A stretch of 53,973 bases of DNA from Myxococcales bacterium (GTDB lineage: Bacteria; Myxococcota_A; Polyangia; Polyangiales; Polyangiaceae): assembly GCA_043747615.1 (NCBI GenBank), contig JAYTOU010000043.1:1-53973 (forward strand), written 5' to 3'. How positions within the stretch are numbered: position 1 is the stretch's first letter; each line of letters opens with the position of its first letter. The translations under genes and the position numbers were made by a program. The notes beneath the pieces are model-generated. The model made no database searches. It saw only the letters and a program-made list of their open reading frames with translations, and was not told where the DNA came from. Below, piece by piece: positions 8,515-16,913 of this stretch.

Positions 8515-10457
8515 GCGCGGTGCGCCGACGCCACGTGATCGCGCTTGCGTTGTTCGTGGCCACGGCTCGCGGTGGAAGCGCTCGCGCGGAGCCGACCCGC
8601 GGGGACAAGATGCGCGACTACCACGCCGCGCTCGCGCAGCGGCGCCTCGGTTCGCAGGAACCGATGAAGCTCGACGACGTGCGCGCCCGAGCTGCCGAGG
8701 CCGAAGATCTCTTGCGCATCGGGCGGATCGACGAGGCGATCGCGCGCCTAGTGGAGATCGTCGAGCACCCACGCTTCGAGTCGTTCGCCGAAAACGAAGA
8801 GGGGCGCGCGGCGATCTATCTGCTCGGTGACGCGCTCGCCAGCGCGGGGGCCTACGATCCCGCCCGAGCGTATCTGCGGCGGGTGATTCATCTTCGCGGC
8901 GCGTGGGAACAAGCGGGAGGGACCTACGCGCGGCGGGCGGTGAAACGCCTCGTGGAGATCGCCATCGAGAGCGATCGTTTGGCCGCCGGGCTCGACGACG
9001 TGCGCGACGTGCCGGCGACCGTGCCCGAGGATACGCGCGGCGAAATCAGCTACATGACGGGCCGCGCCATGGAAGAAGCAGGGGATCCAGCGGGAGCGAT
9101 CACCGCCTATGCCGCCGTCACCCAGCGCTCACGTTTTTGGGCGCAGTCGACCTATTTGCAGGGGCTCATCCACGTCGAGAAGGGGCGCTACCGAGACGGA
9201 GAGAATCTCTTCTGCAAGATCGCCGATCCCAAGCGCCAATCGAAGACTACGCCCGTCTTTGCCGACGAACATTACTTCGCCGTGCGCGATCTCGCCCGTC
9301 TCGCGCTCGGTCGAGTGGCCCACGAGCAGTTCCGTTTCGACGACTCGCGCTACTATTATTACCTCGTCCCGAGAGACTCGGATCGCCTCGCCGAGGCGCT
9401 CTACGAAGGGGCCACCAGCCGCTATGAGAAAAAAGACTACGACGGCGCGCGCGAGCTGCTCGACGAGCTGAAAGCGCTGAGCGGGCACCACACCTACGAG
9501 GACGAGGCCTGGATTCTCGAGGCCTACGTCGATCTCGCTCAGTGCAAGTTCCCGGAAGCGGACAAGTTGCTCGTGGGGTTCATCGCCGCGTACGAGCCGG
9601 TGCGCAATGCCGCGCGGCGCGTGGCGGCGGACGAGCGAGGCATGCAGGCTCTCCTCTCGGCCGCGCGATCGGGGAGCGATGCGGGAGGCGCGGAGGTCGG
9701 CGGCGCGACGGTGAGCCCGGATTCGATGCGGGCCATCGCCGCTCTCGTGCGGATCGATCCTTCGTACGGAACGCTCGCCCGAAAGCGCGCGGTCCTCGAA
9801 CACGAGGCGAGCGGCCTCCGTCTCACGATGGGATCACTGAACGATCTGCAGCGCAACTTGGCTACGAACGGCGGGGTGCGCGCGGCGATCGATCAACGCG
9901 AGTCACCCGAGGAAAGAGCTGCGGATACGCGGCTGGCCCTCGAGAGCGTGAAGCGGCAGATCGACGACCTCGAAGCGTCCCGGGCGCCTAACGATCGCAT
10001 CGTTGCGCTTCGAAAAGAGTACATCGATCTCGACGCTCGCCTTCCGCGCGCGTCGTCGACGTCTCTCGCCGCTGACGCAAGCGCGCAAGCCGGCGGCAAA
10101 GATCTTCCCGATCTTCTTCGCGCCGACAACGCCGAAGGGCTGGCGCTCTCCCCGAACATGGAGGCCGCCCTCACGGCGCTCCGGCAAACGGAGACGCTCC
10201 TCGCACGTGATGCGCTGAAGCGAGTAGACCTGCGATTGTCACGGCTCCTTCGGCGGGCGCGTCTCGGCCGGATCGAATCCGTGATCGGTCGCAAGCGTGC
10301 GCTCGAGGTGGAGATCGAAGCCATCAACAACGGGATCCTCCCGGCGAGCGCGCTCGATTCGCTCGATGCCGCGCGCTACCTGAAAGACAACGAGGAGTAC
10401 TGGCCGTTCGAAGGGGACGACTGGCCCGACGAGTTCGTGGGCGGCGAAGACAAGTGA
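8511..10457 (+). CDS. TPR protein, GltC/NfsC-like
   Basis: Signal peptide and TPR helices (RDLARLALGRVAHE, AEALYE). C-terminal EYWPFEGDDWPDE resembles the GltC-family tail. Confidence 0.75.
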   Translation: MSAVRRRHVIALALFVATARGGSARAEPTRGDKMRDYHAALAQRRLGSQEPMKLDDVRARAAEAEDLLRIGRIDEAIARLVEIVEHPRFESFAENEEGRAAIYLLGDALASAGAYDPARAYLRRVIHLRGAWEQAGGTYARRAVKRLVEIAIESDRLAAGLDDVRDVPATVPEDTRGEISYMTGRAMEEAGDPAGAITAYAAVTQRSRFWAQSTYLQGLIHVEKGRYRDGENLFCKIADPKRQSKTTPVFADEHYFAVRDLARLALGRVAHEQFRFDDSRYYYYLVPRDSDRLAEALYEGATSRYEKKDYDGARELLDELKALSGHHTYEDEAWILEAYVDLAQCKFPEADKLLVGFIAAYEPVRNAARRVAADERGMQALLSAARSGSDAGGAEVGGATVSPDSMRAIAALVRIDPSYGTLARKRAVLEHEASGLRLTMGSLNDLQRNLATNGGVRAAIDQRESPEERAADTRLALESVKRQIDDLEASRAPNDRIVALRKEYIDLDARLPRASSTSLAADASAQAGGKDLPDLLRADNAEGLALSPNMEAALTALRQTETLLARDALKRVDLRLSRLLRRARLGRIESVIGRKRALEVEIEAINNGILPASALDSLDAARYLKDNEEYWPFEGDDWPDEFVGGEDK

Positions 10458-13400
10458 GGCCGCTGTCGCGGCTTTCGCTCTTTGCGGTCGTCGCGCTGGC
10501 GGGATCGCACGCTCATGCCGCCCCCGACACCAAGCCGATGGCGGCGGGGGAGTCGTCGCAGGTGAAGCCCGCAGCGGAGCGCGCCATCTCGACTGGCGCA
10601 GCGGTGAAGCTCACAGGCGCCGGTCACGCCGACGCGTCTCACCCGGCAGGAACGAGCGCCGTCGTCCGCGGTCCACGCATTCCCGAAGAGATGCGCGTCC
10701 AGATGAAGGCGATCCTCGACAAGCGGATCGACGGTAATTTACGGCAGATCAAGGCGCTGCGCGGCGAAGCAGTGACGCTCCTCAGCACGTTCGTGGCCGA
10801 GTCGCCGCGCGAGTCTCCGGAGATGCCCGAGGCAATGATGCGTCTCGGCGAGCTCAAATGGGAGATGGAGCGCGAAGCGTTCATCGATCGCTTCCACGCT
10901 TGGGAGGCGAAGCCCGTCGACCAACGCGGACCAACGCCCGATCCGAACTACCAGCCGTCGCGCGATCTTTTCGGGCGCGTGCTGCGCGATTACCCGTGGT
11001 TCAAGGAGTACGATCTCGCGCTCTACGTCGACGGATTTCTCGCCACCGAGCAAGGAAAGCAAGAAGACGCGCTCGGCCGCTTCGAACGAATTTTGCGTGA
11101 GTTCCCGAGCTCGCGCTTCACACCCGACGCGCACATGGCGAAGGCCGAAGCGCTCTTCAATGCCAAGTACGACTACCAAGGCGCGCTCAACGAATACGAA
11201 TTCGTCCTCAAGTATCCGAAGACCGATCTCCGCGGACTGGCGCTCTTCAAGAGCGCTTGGTGTTACTGGCGTCTCGGCAACAGCGACGAGGCCGCGAAGC
11301 GCTTCGTGAGCGTCTTCGTGGAAACGGACACGGAGGGGAAGAGCACGTCCGTCGCCCAGAAAAAGCAGCTCGACGAGCTCCAGGGCGAGGCCCTGAAGTA
11401 CCTAGTGGAGGTATTCACCGAAGACGACAAGAATACCGCCGGCGACGTCTACGGGTTTCTGAAGAAGATCGGCGGCGATCGCTTTGCGGGCAAAGTGGTC
11501 AAGGCGCTGGCCGAGACGTTCTACGATCAGTCCCACTACGAGCGCGGGATTGAAGCCTACGAGCTGCTCCTCAAGCTGGACCCAACGAGCCGCGACGCTG
11601 GTCTGTGGATGATGCAGATCGCCGCCGGCTACAACGCGATCGAAGATTATCCGAAGCTCAAGGCCACTTACGACAGAGCGCTGACCGGGTACACGACGGG
11701 TGGACCTTGGGCGCGCACCCAGGCCGACGCGACGAACGTGGCGGAGACGACGTCGAAGATCGAGACCCAGCTTCGCGAGCACGCCATGCAGCTCCACGGC
11801 AAAGCGCAAAAAGACCGAACGAGCCGCGCGGAGTACGTGGGTGCGGCGGGTCTGTACGACGTGTACCTCACGAAGTTCAGCAACCAGCCGAAGGCTTTCC
11901 AAATTCATTACTACCTGGCTGAGATCGACTTTTATCACCTCGAGAAGAACACCGAAGCTGCGACGCACTACATGGCCGCGGCGCGCGCCGTTCCCAACGC
12001 CGAAGCGCAGAAGGAGCCGCTGAGGACGCTCCGTCACGACGCGCTCTACAACGCCATCGCCGCTCTCGAGCGGGTGCGGGTAGCAGAGCTGGAGGCTCGG
12101 AAAAACAAGCCCGGATCGCAAGAGACGGAGAGCGACAAGAAGTTCGCCGAAGCGCTCGATCTCTATTGGCAGCTCTATCCGAACGATCCCGCGCTACCCG
12201 AGCTTCTGTTCCGCCAGGGCAAGCTTTACTACGACTACGGAGTCTACGATCCGGCGGTGAAAATATGGGGCGCGCTGCTCGAGAAATTTCCGCGCAGTCA
12301 GTTCGCGCTTGGCGCCGGCGAGCTGATGCTCGACTCGTTCAACAAATCGAAGAACTACGAAAACATCGAGATGTGGGCGCGTCGACTGAAGACCGCTCCT
12401 TCGTTCCAGTCGAGGGAGCAGCAAGGGAAGCTCGACGTCCTCATCGTCCAGGCCGCCTTCAAGCAGGGCGAGCAAAAAGGGGCGGCAGGAGATCACGCGG
12501 GAGCGGCGCTCGGCTACCTTCGCGCTGCGAAGGAGTTCCCGAAAGATGCGCGAGCAGCGCAGGCTTGCGTGAACGCGGAGGTCGAATCGCAAAAGGCGGG
12601 AGACGTGGCCACCCTGAAAGAGGCCGCGACGCTGGTCACGGGGCGCGAGTACCGCGACAAACCCGAGTCCCCGTTGGGAGCCTGGACGGCGGCGACGACC
12701 TTTCAGTCGATGGGCCTCTTCGCCGATGCCGCGGAGTTCGACGAGGCGATTGCCGCTTCCAACGATCGCGAGCACCCGCACTATCAAAAGTTCGAGCACA
12801 CCCGAGACGCCGCGTACAACGCCGTCATCTTGCGTGAAGCGACGGGCGAGCACGACAAGGCGGTGGCCGATGGCAATCGCTATCTCGCGCAGTTCGGCTC
12901 GACCGTGGAGGCTGACGAAGTCGTCTTCCAAATGGGACGCGCGCATCAGAACGCGGGGCGCAACAAGGAAGCCGTCGACCTTTACAAACGTTATCTCTCA
13001 CGCGCAAAAAACCAGGATCACCGCGTCGAAGGGTACGTGCTGCTGGCAATGGCCCAGCTCAAGTCGAACGATGAGCGCGGCGCGGACGAGTCCTTGAAGA
13101 CGGCGGTGACCATCGGGCGAACGAGCCGCGGCCAGCTCGGCCCCGACGGCAAATTCGCGGCGGCCCATGCGCGCTACATGGAGGGCGAGCGCGTCCTCGA
13201 GCGCTTCGACAAGATCGAAATCCAGGGCGACGTAAAGCAGCTCACCCGGCGCTTGAAGCAAAAAGCGGAGCTCCTCAAGGAGGCGTCGAAGGTGTTCATG
13301 GACACCGTGTCGCTCGGCGTCGCCGAGTGGTCGACGGCAGCGCTGTACCAGATTGGTCACACCTACGAGGCGTTCGCCAAGGCGCTCCGTGAGGCACCCC

Positions 13401-13780
13401 CTCCGGCGAGCCTCTCCGCCGCCGACAAGGAGGTCTACAGCCAGCAGATCGAAGAGTTCGTGGTTCCGGTCGAGGAAAAGAGCCTCGATGCCTACGAAAA
13501 TGGATGGAAAAAGGCAGTAGAGCTTGGAATCTACAATCAATGGACCGGCAAGATGCGTGAGGCGCTCGGGCGATTGAACGGGGAGCTTTACCCAACGTTC
13601 CGCGAGACGGGCTTCGAGGTGCGGTCCGCCGGACCTACGCCACTCCCCGCGTTGATCGATGCGCCTCGGCGCGGCGTGCAGCCCGAAGCGCCGAAACCAG
13701 CGCCTGTCGCGGTGGTTGCTCCGGTGGTCGCGCCCGTCGCTCCTGCGAAGCCGGCGCCCCCCAGAGGAAAAAAGAAGTGA
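10454..13780 (+). CDS. Large TPR protein, GltD/AgmU (NfsD)-like
   Basis: 1108 aa with signal peptide and many TPRs (ALFKSAWCYWRLG). C-terminal AALYQIG...APPP...PVEEKS..AY..G..KA.ELGIYNQW is typical of this family. Confidence 0.8.
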   Translation: MRPLSRLSLFAVVALAGSHAHAAPDTKPMAAGESSQVKPAAERAISTGAAVKLTGAGHADASHPAGTSAVVRGPRIPEEMRVQMKAILDKRIDGNLRQIKALRGEAVTLLSTFVAESPRESPEMPEAMMRLGELKWEMEREAFIDRFHAWEAKPVDQRGPTPDPNYQPSRDLFGRVLRDYPWFKEYDLALYVDGFLATEQGKQEDALGRFERILREFPSSRFTPDAHMAKAEALFNAKYDYQGALNEYEFVLKYPKTDLRGLALFKSAWCYWRLGNSDEAAKRFVSVFVETDTEGKSTSVAQKKQLDELQGEALKYLVEVFTEDDKNTAGDVYGFLKKIGGDRFAGKVVKALAETFYDQSHYERGIEAYELLLKLDPTSRDAGLWMMQIAAGYNAIEDYPKLKATYDRALTGYTTGGPWARTQADATNVAETTSKIETQLREHAMQLHGKAQKDRTSRAEYVGAAGLYDVYLTKFSNQPKAFQIHYYLAEIDFYHLEKNTEAATHYMAAARAVPNAEAQKEPLRTLRHDALYNAIAALERVRVAELEARKNKPGSQETESDKKFAEALDLYWQLYPNDPALPELLFRQGKLYYDYGVYDPAVKIWGALLEKFPRSQFALGAGELMLDSFNKSKNYENIEMWARRLKTAPSFQSREQQGKLDVLIVQAAFKQGEQKGAAGDHAGAALGYLRAAKEFPKDARAAQACVNAEVESQKAGDVATLKEAATLVTGREYRDKPESPLGAWTAATTFQSMGLFADAAEFDEAIAASNDREHPHYQKFEHTRDAAYNAVILREATGEHDKAVADGNRYLAQFGSTVEADEVVFQMGRAHQNAGRNKEAVDLYKRYLSRAKNQDHRVEGYVLLAMAQLKSNDERGADESLKTAVTIGRTSRGQLGPDGKFAAAHARYMEGERVLERFDKIEIQGDVKQLTRRLKQKAELLKEASKVFMDTVSLGVAEWSTAALYQIGHTYEAFAKALREAPPPASLSAADKEVYSQQIEEFVVPVEEKSLDAYENGWKKAVELGIYNQWTGKMREALGRLNGELYPTFRETGFEVRSAGPTPLPALIDAPRRGVQPEAPKPAPVAVVAPVVAPVAPAKPAPPRGKKK

Positions 13781-14988
13781 GGGCGAAGAAAGCCAAACAT
13801 GGGGGCATCTCCGCTGCGCTCGTCGCGGGTGCGATGCTAGGCGGGTGCGGCGGCTCGAAACCGGTGGCGGCCCCGGTGGTCGTGGGGCTTGCGCCGGCGA
13901 ACCCGCAAGCGGTTAGCCTCATGGTGCAAGGTGTTCAAGCAGCGAAAGAGCCCAATGGTCGCGAGCGCGCGATCGGCCTCCTGCGTGAAGCGATCATCCA
14001 GGACAAGAATCTATGGGAAGCGCGCTACGATCTGGGGGTCGTGCTCGCCAGCGCGGGGGATCTCGCCGGCGCCGAGGAGCAGCTCCGCGCCGCAGCGAAG
14101 CTCGCACCGGAGGCCGTCGACGTCGTGATCGCCCTCGCCGAAGTGCAACGCCGCCGCGGAGAGAATCGCGAAGCGGCCGACGCCCTCGGGGACTACTTGC
14201 AGACCCACGCGCAAGCGGTGGAAGCGCGCATGCTCTACGTCGGCGCACTCCGTAACTCGGGGCAAGTCGAAAAGGCCATTGCTCAGGCGCGAGAGCTTCT
14301 GGTGCGAAAGCCGGGCGATGCGTCGGCGCTTGCCGAGCTCGCGCTGTGTCACCTGTCGAAAGGGGAGCGCGACACGGCGTCGCTTCTCGCGAAGCAAGCG
14401 CTCGACTCCAACCCGAAGAGCGCCATCGCCGAGCGAGCGACGGGGCTCATCGCTCTCGCCAACGGTGACGACGCCCTCGCGTTTCAAGCCTTTTTGAAGG
14501 CTACGCAGGAAGATCCGCGCGACACCACGGCGCGCCTCAACATGGGCGGCGTCCTCCTTCGCGCAGGGGCGTATGCAAAGGCGGAGGAGCAGTACCGCGC
14601 CATTCTCGTCGTCTCTCCGGAAGACGCCGACGCGGCGGTGGGGCTCGCGGCAGCGCTCCGCGGGGAAGCCGACACCCAGCATCCCGCGAAGCTCGACGAG
14701 GCCAAGTCGCTGCTCGAAAAAGTGCTCGCCGCCGATCCTCACAACGTGAGCGCCCTCTTCAATTTAGGTGTACTTTACACGGACTTTTTGAAGAAACCGG
14801 AGGATGCCCGAGGGCATTTCCGACGATTCCTCACCGATGCGCGGAGCGATCATCCCTCGCGCCCGGAAGCCGAGCGTTATCTCAGCGTGATGAAGCCGCT
14901 GCCTCCTCCTCCTCCTCCTCCTCCTCCGCCAGTTGCTCCGCCGCCGCCCAAAGCTCCGGTGCCGGGCGCAAAGGCGGGCGGAAAGTGA
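13777..14988 (+). CDS. TPR lipoprotein, GltE/AglT (NfsE)-like
   Basis: Lipobox LGGC, tandem TPRs and a poly-Pro C-terminus. Follows the gltD-like gene with a GTGA overlap. Confidence 0.75.
   Translation: MRAKKAKHGGISAALVAGAMLGGCGGSKPVAAPVVVGLAPANPQAVSLMVQGVQAAKEPNGRERAIGLLREAIIQDKNLWEARYDLGVVLASAGDLAGAEEQLRAAAKLAPEAVDVVIALAEVQRRRGENREAADALGDYLQTHAQAVEARMLYVGALRNSGQVEKAIAQARELLVRKPGDASALAELALCHLSKGERDTASLLAKQALDSNPKSAIAERATGLIALANGDDALAFQAFLKATQEDPRDTTARLNMGGVLLRAGAYAKAEEQYRAILVVSPEDADAAVGLAAALRGEADTQHPAKLDEAKSLLEKVLAADPHNVSALFNLGVLYTDFLKKPEDARGHFRRFLTDARSDHPSRPEAERYLSVMKPLPPPPPPPPPPVAPPPPKAPVPGAKAGGK
14902..14925 (+). repeat. (CCT)8 trinucleotide repeat encoding part of a Pro10 run
   Basis: cctcctcctcctcctcctcctcct read directly, followed by CCG CCA. 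Confidence 0.95.
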
Positions 14989-15407
14989 CGCGCCGTCGTG
15001 TGAGCCGCCCGGGCCGCGCTGCTCTCTTCGTCGCGCTCACTCTCAGCTTCTTCGGAGCCATCGCGTTTGCTCAGCCGAAAGCCCCGAGGGGGACGAAGCC
15101 TCCCCACGCGACTCCGCCAAAGAAGCACGCGGACCTCGACGCCGCGGCCCCGCTGCAGCCTCGCGCCGAAACGCCTCCGCAGGCAACGCGGTCGAGCAAA
15201 GAGGACGCAGGAATGTCCGAGACCCGTACGGTCGATGGCGGCGGACGCGTCTTCCGGTTCGGAGAAGTGGAAATCGAAGGTCGCCTCCGCAGTCCGCAGC
15301 TTGTCTACTTCCTGCGCCGTGTACGTGCAGAGTTCGCGTCGGGCGATCTCGGGCATCGATCATTCATGCGCGAACTTTCGGAGACCAGAAAGGATCCAAA
15401 CTTCTAG
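14985..15407 (+). CDS. Small exported protein, GltF/CglF (NfsF)-like
   Basis: Signal peptide. C-terminal F.EVEIEGRLRSPQLVYFL.R...F......RSF..EL pattern matches the CglF family. Sits between the gltE-like and gltG-like genes. Confidence 0.75.
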   Translation: MTRRRVSRPGRAALFVALTLSFFGAIAFAQPKAPRGTKPPHATPPKKHADLDAAAPLQPRAETPPQATRSSKEDAGMSETRTVDGGGRVFRFGEVEIEGRLRSPQLVYFLRRVRAEFASGDLGHRSFMRELSETRKDPNF

Positions 15408-15455
15408 CGTTCGCTCACGTAGTATCGGGAGAGACCATAGAAGGGGATTAAGCTC

Positions 15456-16886
15456 GTGGCAGCAGCCGGCACCGCTACAGGAAGACCGCAAGTGCTCAGG
15501 GTGGCCGCCGTTTGGGGCACCACCGTCGTCGGAATGCGCACCCTCGCGCGAGGCGAGTCCTACGACCTGGGCGGGCCGGACGGCAAAAACCTCCCCGTTC
15601 CAGACGGAATCGAAATGTCGGCTGCCCCGATTCGCGGCGGACAGAGCGGGTGGGAAGTCGATGCACGCGGCGCCGTCGGCGGTCTCCTGCGTTTGCGCGG
15701 ACGCGACGAGGATCCCGTAGCGGTGGCCCGGAGCGGCGCTCCCATCCCCATCGTCCCCGGCGATTTCGGCATTCTGCAGTACGGCCTCTTCGGGATCTTC
15801 TTTCAGTTCACGAGCCCGCCGGTAGAAATGACCGGCAGCATCCTCGGGAGCATCGAGCTCCTGACGATGCTCGCGCTTTTTTCGAGCGGCGTTCTTCATC
15901 TCGGTGGCTTCGGACTTGCGCGCGCGCTCTCGAACCCGCCAAGCATTCCGAAGCCGCTCGAGCTCACGAGCCCCGAAGAGTTCGCGGCTCGATTCGGGCT
16001 CAGGCGCGCGATCATCGAAGAGCCTCCCCCCGCGCCTCCTGCCGAAGGCGACAAATCCGGCGGAGCGGGCGTCAAAGATCCGGGCGCCAAGGACAAGAAG
16101 GTCCAAGGTGGCGGGCAGAAAATGGCCGGCGCCGAAGGCAAGCTCGGAAAAACGGGGCCCAACGATCACGCCGAAATTCCTGGCGACATCAAGCCCGCCA
16201 CGAACCTCGGCGGGCTCAGCGAAGTCTTGAACTCGGAAGCCGGCGACGAGATCCGAAAAACACTCAAGACCATCGACACGGTGTCCACCGCGCTCGGCGG
16301 GCTCAACTCGTCGAACCTCGTTCTCGGCGGCGGCCCCGGCACCAGCTTGAAAGGCGGAGGCGCAGGCGGCGGCGGAACGGGTGCGGGCGTCGCCTTCGGG
16401 TCGGGAACCCTCAACACCGGGTGGGGCGCCGGCAATGGCGGCGGATTCGGCGGAGGCTCGGGCGGCCCTGGTGGGCGTGGATCCGGCGGAAGCGGGCGCG
16501 GCGGCGCGGGCGGCGGCAACGGCGTCGGCACCGGCGCGGGAAACGGTGAAGCAAAAGTCGGCGTTGGCGCGGGCACGCCGGCGGCGCATGGCGGTCTCTC
16601 CGCCGAGCAGATCCGTCGGGTCGTCCTTGCCCACACGGGTGCGCTCCGCGCTTGCTACGAAGGCGAAGCCCAGCGAAATCCGAATCTCCGCGGCGGCGTC
16701 ACCGTCGCGTGGCAGATCGATCCGAGCGGCTCCGTGTCGGGCTCCCCTTCGATCGCGTCCACCACCTTGAACAACCCGCGCGTCGAAGGTTGCGTCGCGC
16801 GGCAAGTGAAAGGCTGGCATTTTCCGGCGAGCGATTCTCCGAGCACCGTCACTGCGTACCCCTTCCGCTTCGGCGTTGGTGGCTGA
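15456..16886 (+). CDS. GltG/PglI (NfsG)-like inner-membrane protein with AgmX/PglI C-terminal TonB-like domain
   Basis: Cytoplasmic N-domain, TM helix with SxxxH (FSSGVLH), Gly-rich linker, then the C-domain GLSAEQIRRVV...LRACYE..AQRNPNLRG.V.V.WQID..G.V...VEGCV......WHFP....YPF.F. Confidence 0.85.
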   Translation: MAAAGTATGRPQVLRVAAVWGTTVVGMRTLARGESYDLGGPDGKNLPVPDGIEMSAAPIRGGQSGWEVDARGAVGGLLRLRGRDEDPVAVARSGAPIPIVPGDFGILQYGLFGIFFQFTSPPVEMTGSILGSIELLTMLALFSSGVLHLGGFGLARALSNPPSIPKPLELTSPEEFAARFGLRRAIIEEPPPAPPAEGDKSGGAGVKDPGAKDKKVQGGGQKMAGAEGKLGKTGPNDHAEIPGDIKPATNLGGLSEVLNSEAGDEIRKTLKTIDTVSTALGGLNSSNLVLGGGPGTSLKGGGAGGGGTGAGVAFGSGTLNTGWGAGNGGGFGGGSGGPGGRGSGGSGRGGAGGGNGVGTGAGNGEAKVGVGAGTPAAHGGLSAEQIRRVVLAHTGALRACYEGEAQRNPNLRGGVTVAWQIDPSGSVSGSPSIASTTLNNPRVEGCVARQVKGWHFPASDSPSTVTAYPFRFGVGG

Positions 16887-16913
16887 TCGCGCCTTGGGCT
16901 AGGGTCGGCGCCG

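Noticed and set aside
16325..16590. GGC-rich repetitive DNA
   Set aside because: It encodes the ordinary Gly-rich linker of the GltG-like protein and is not an array.
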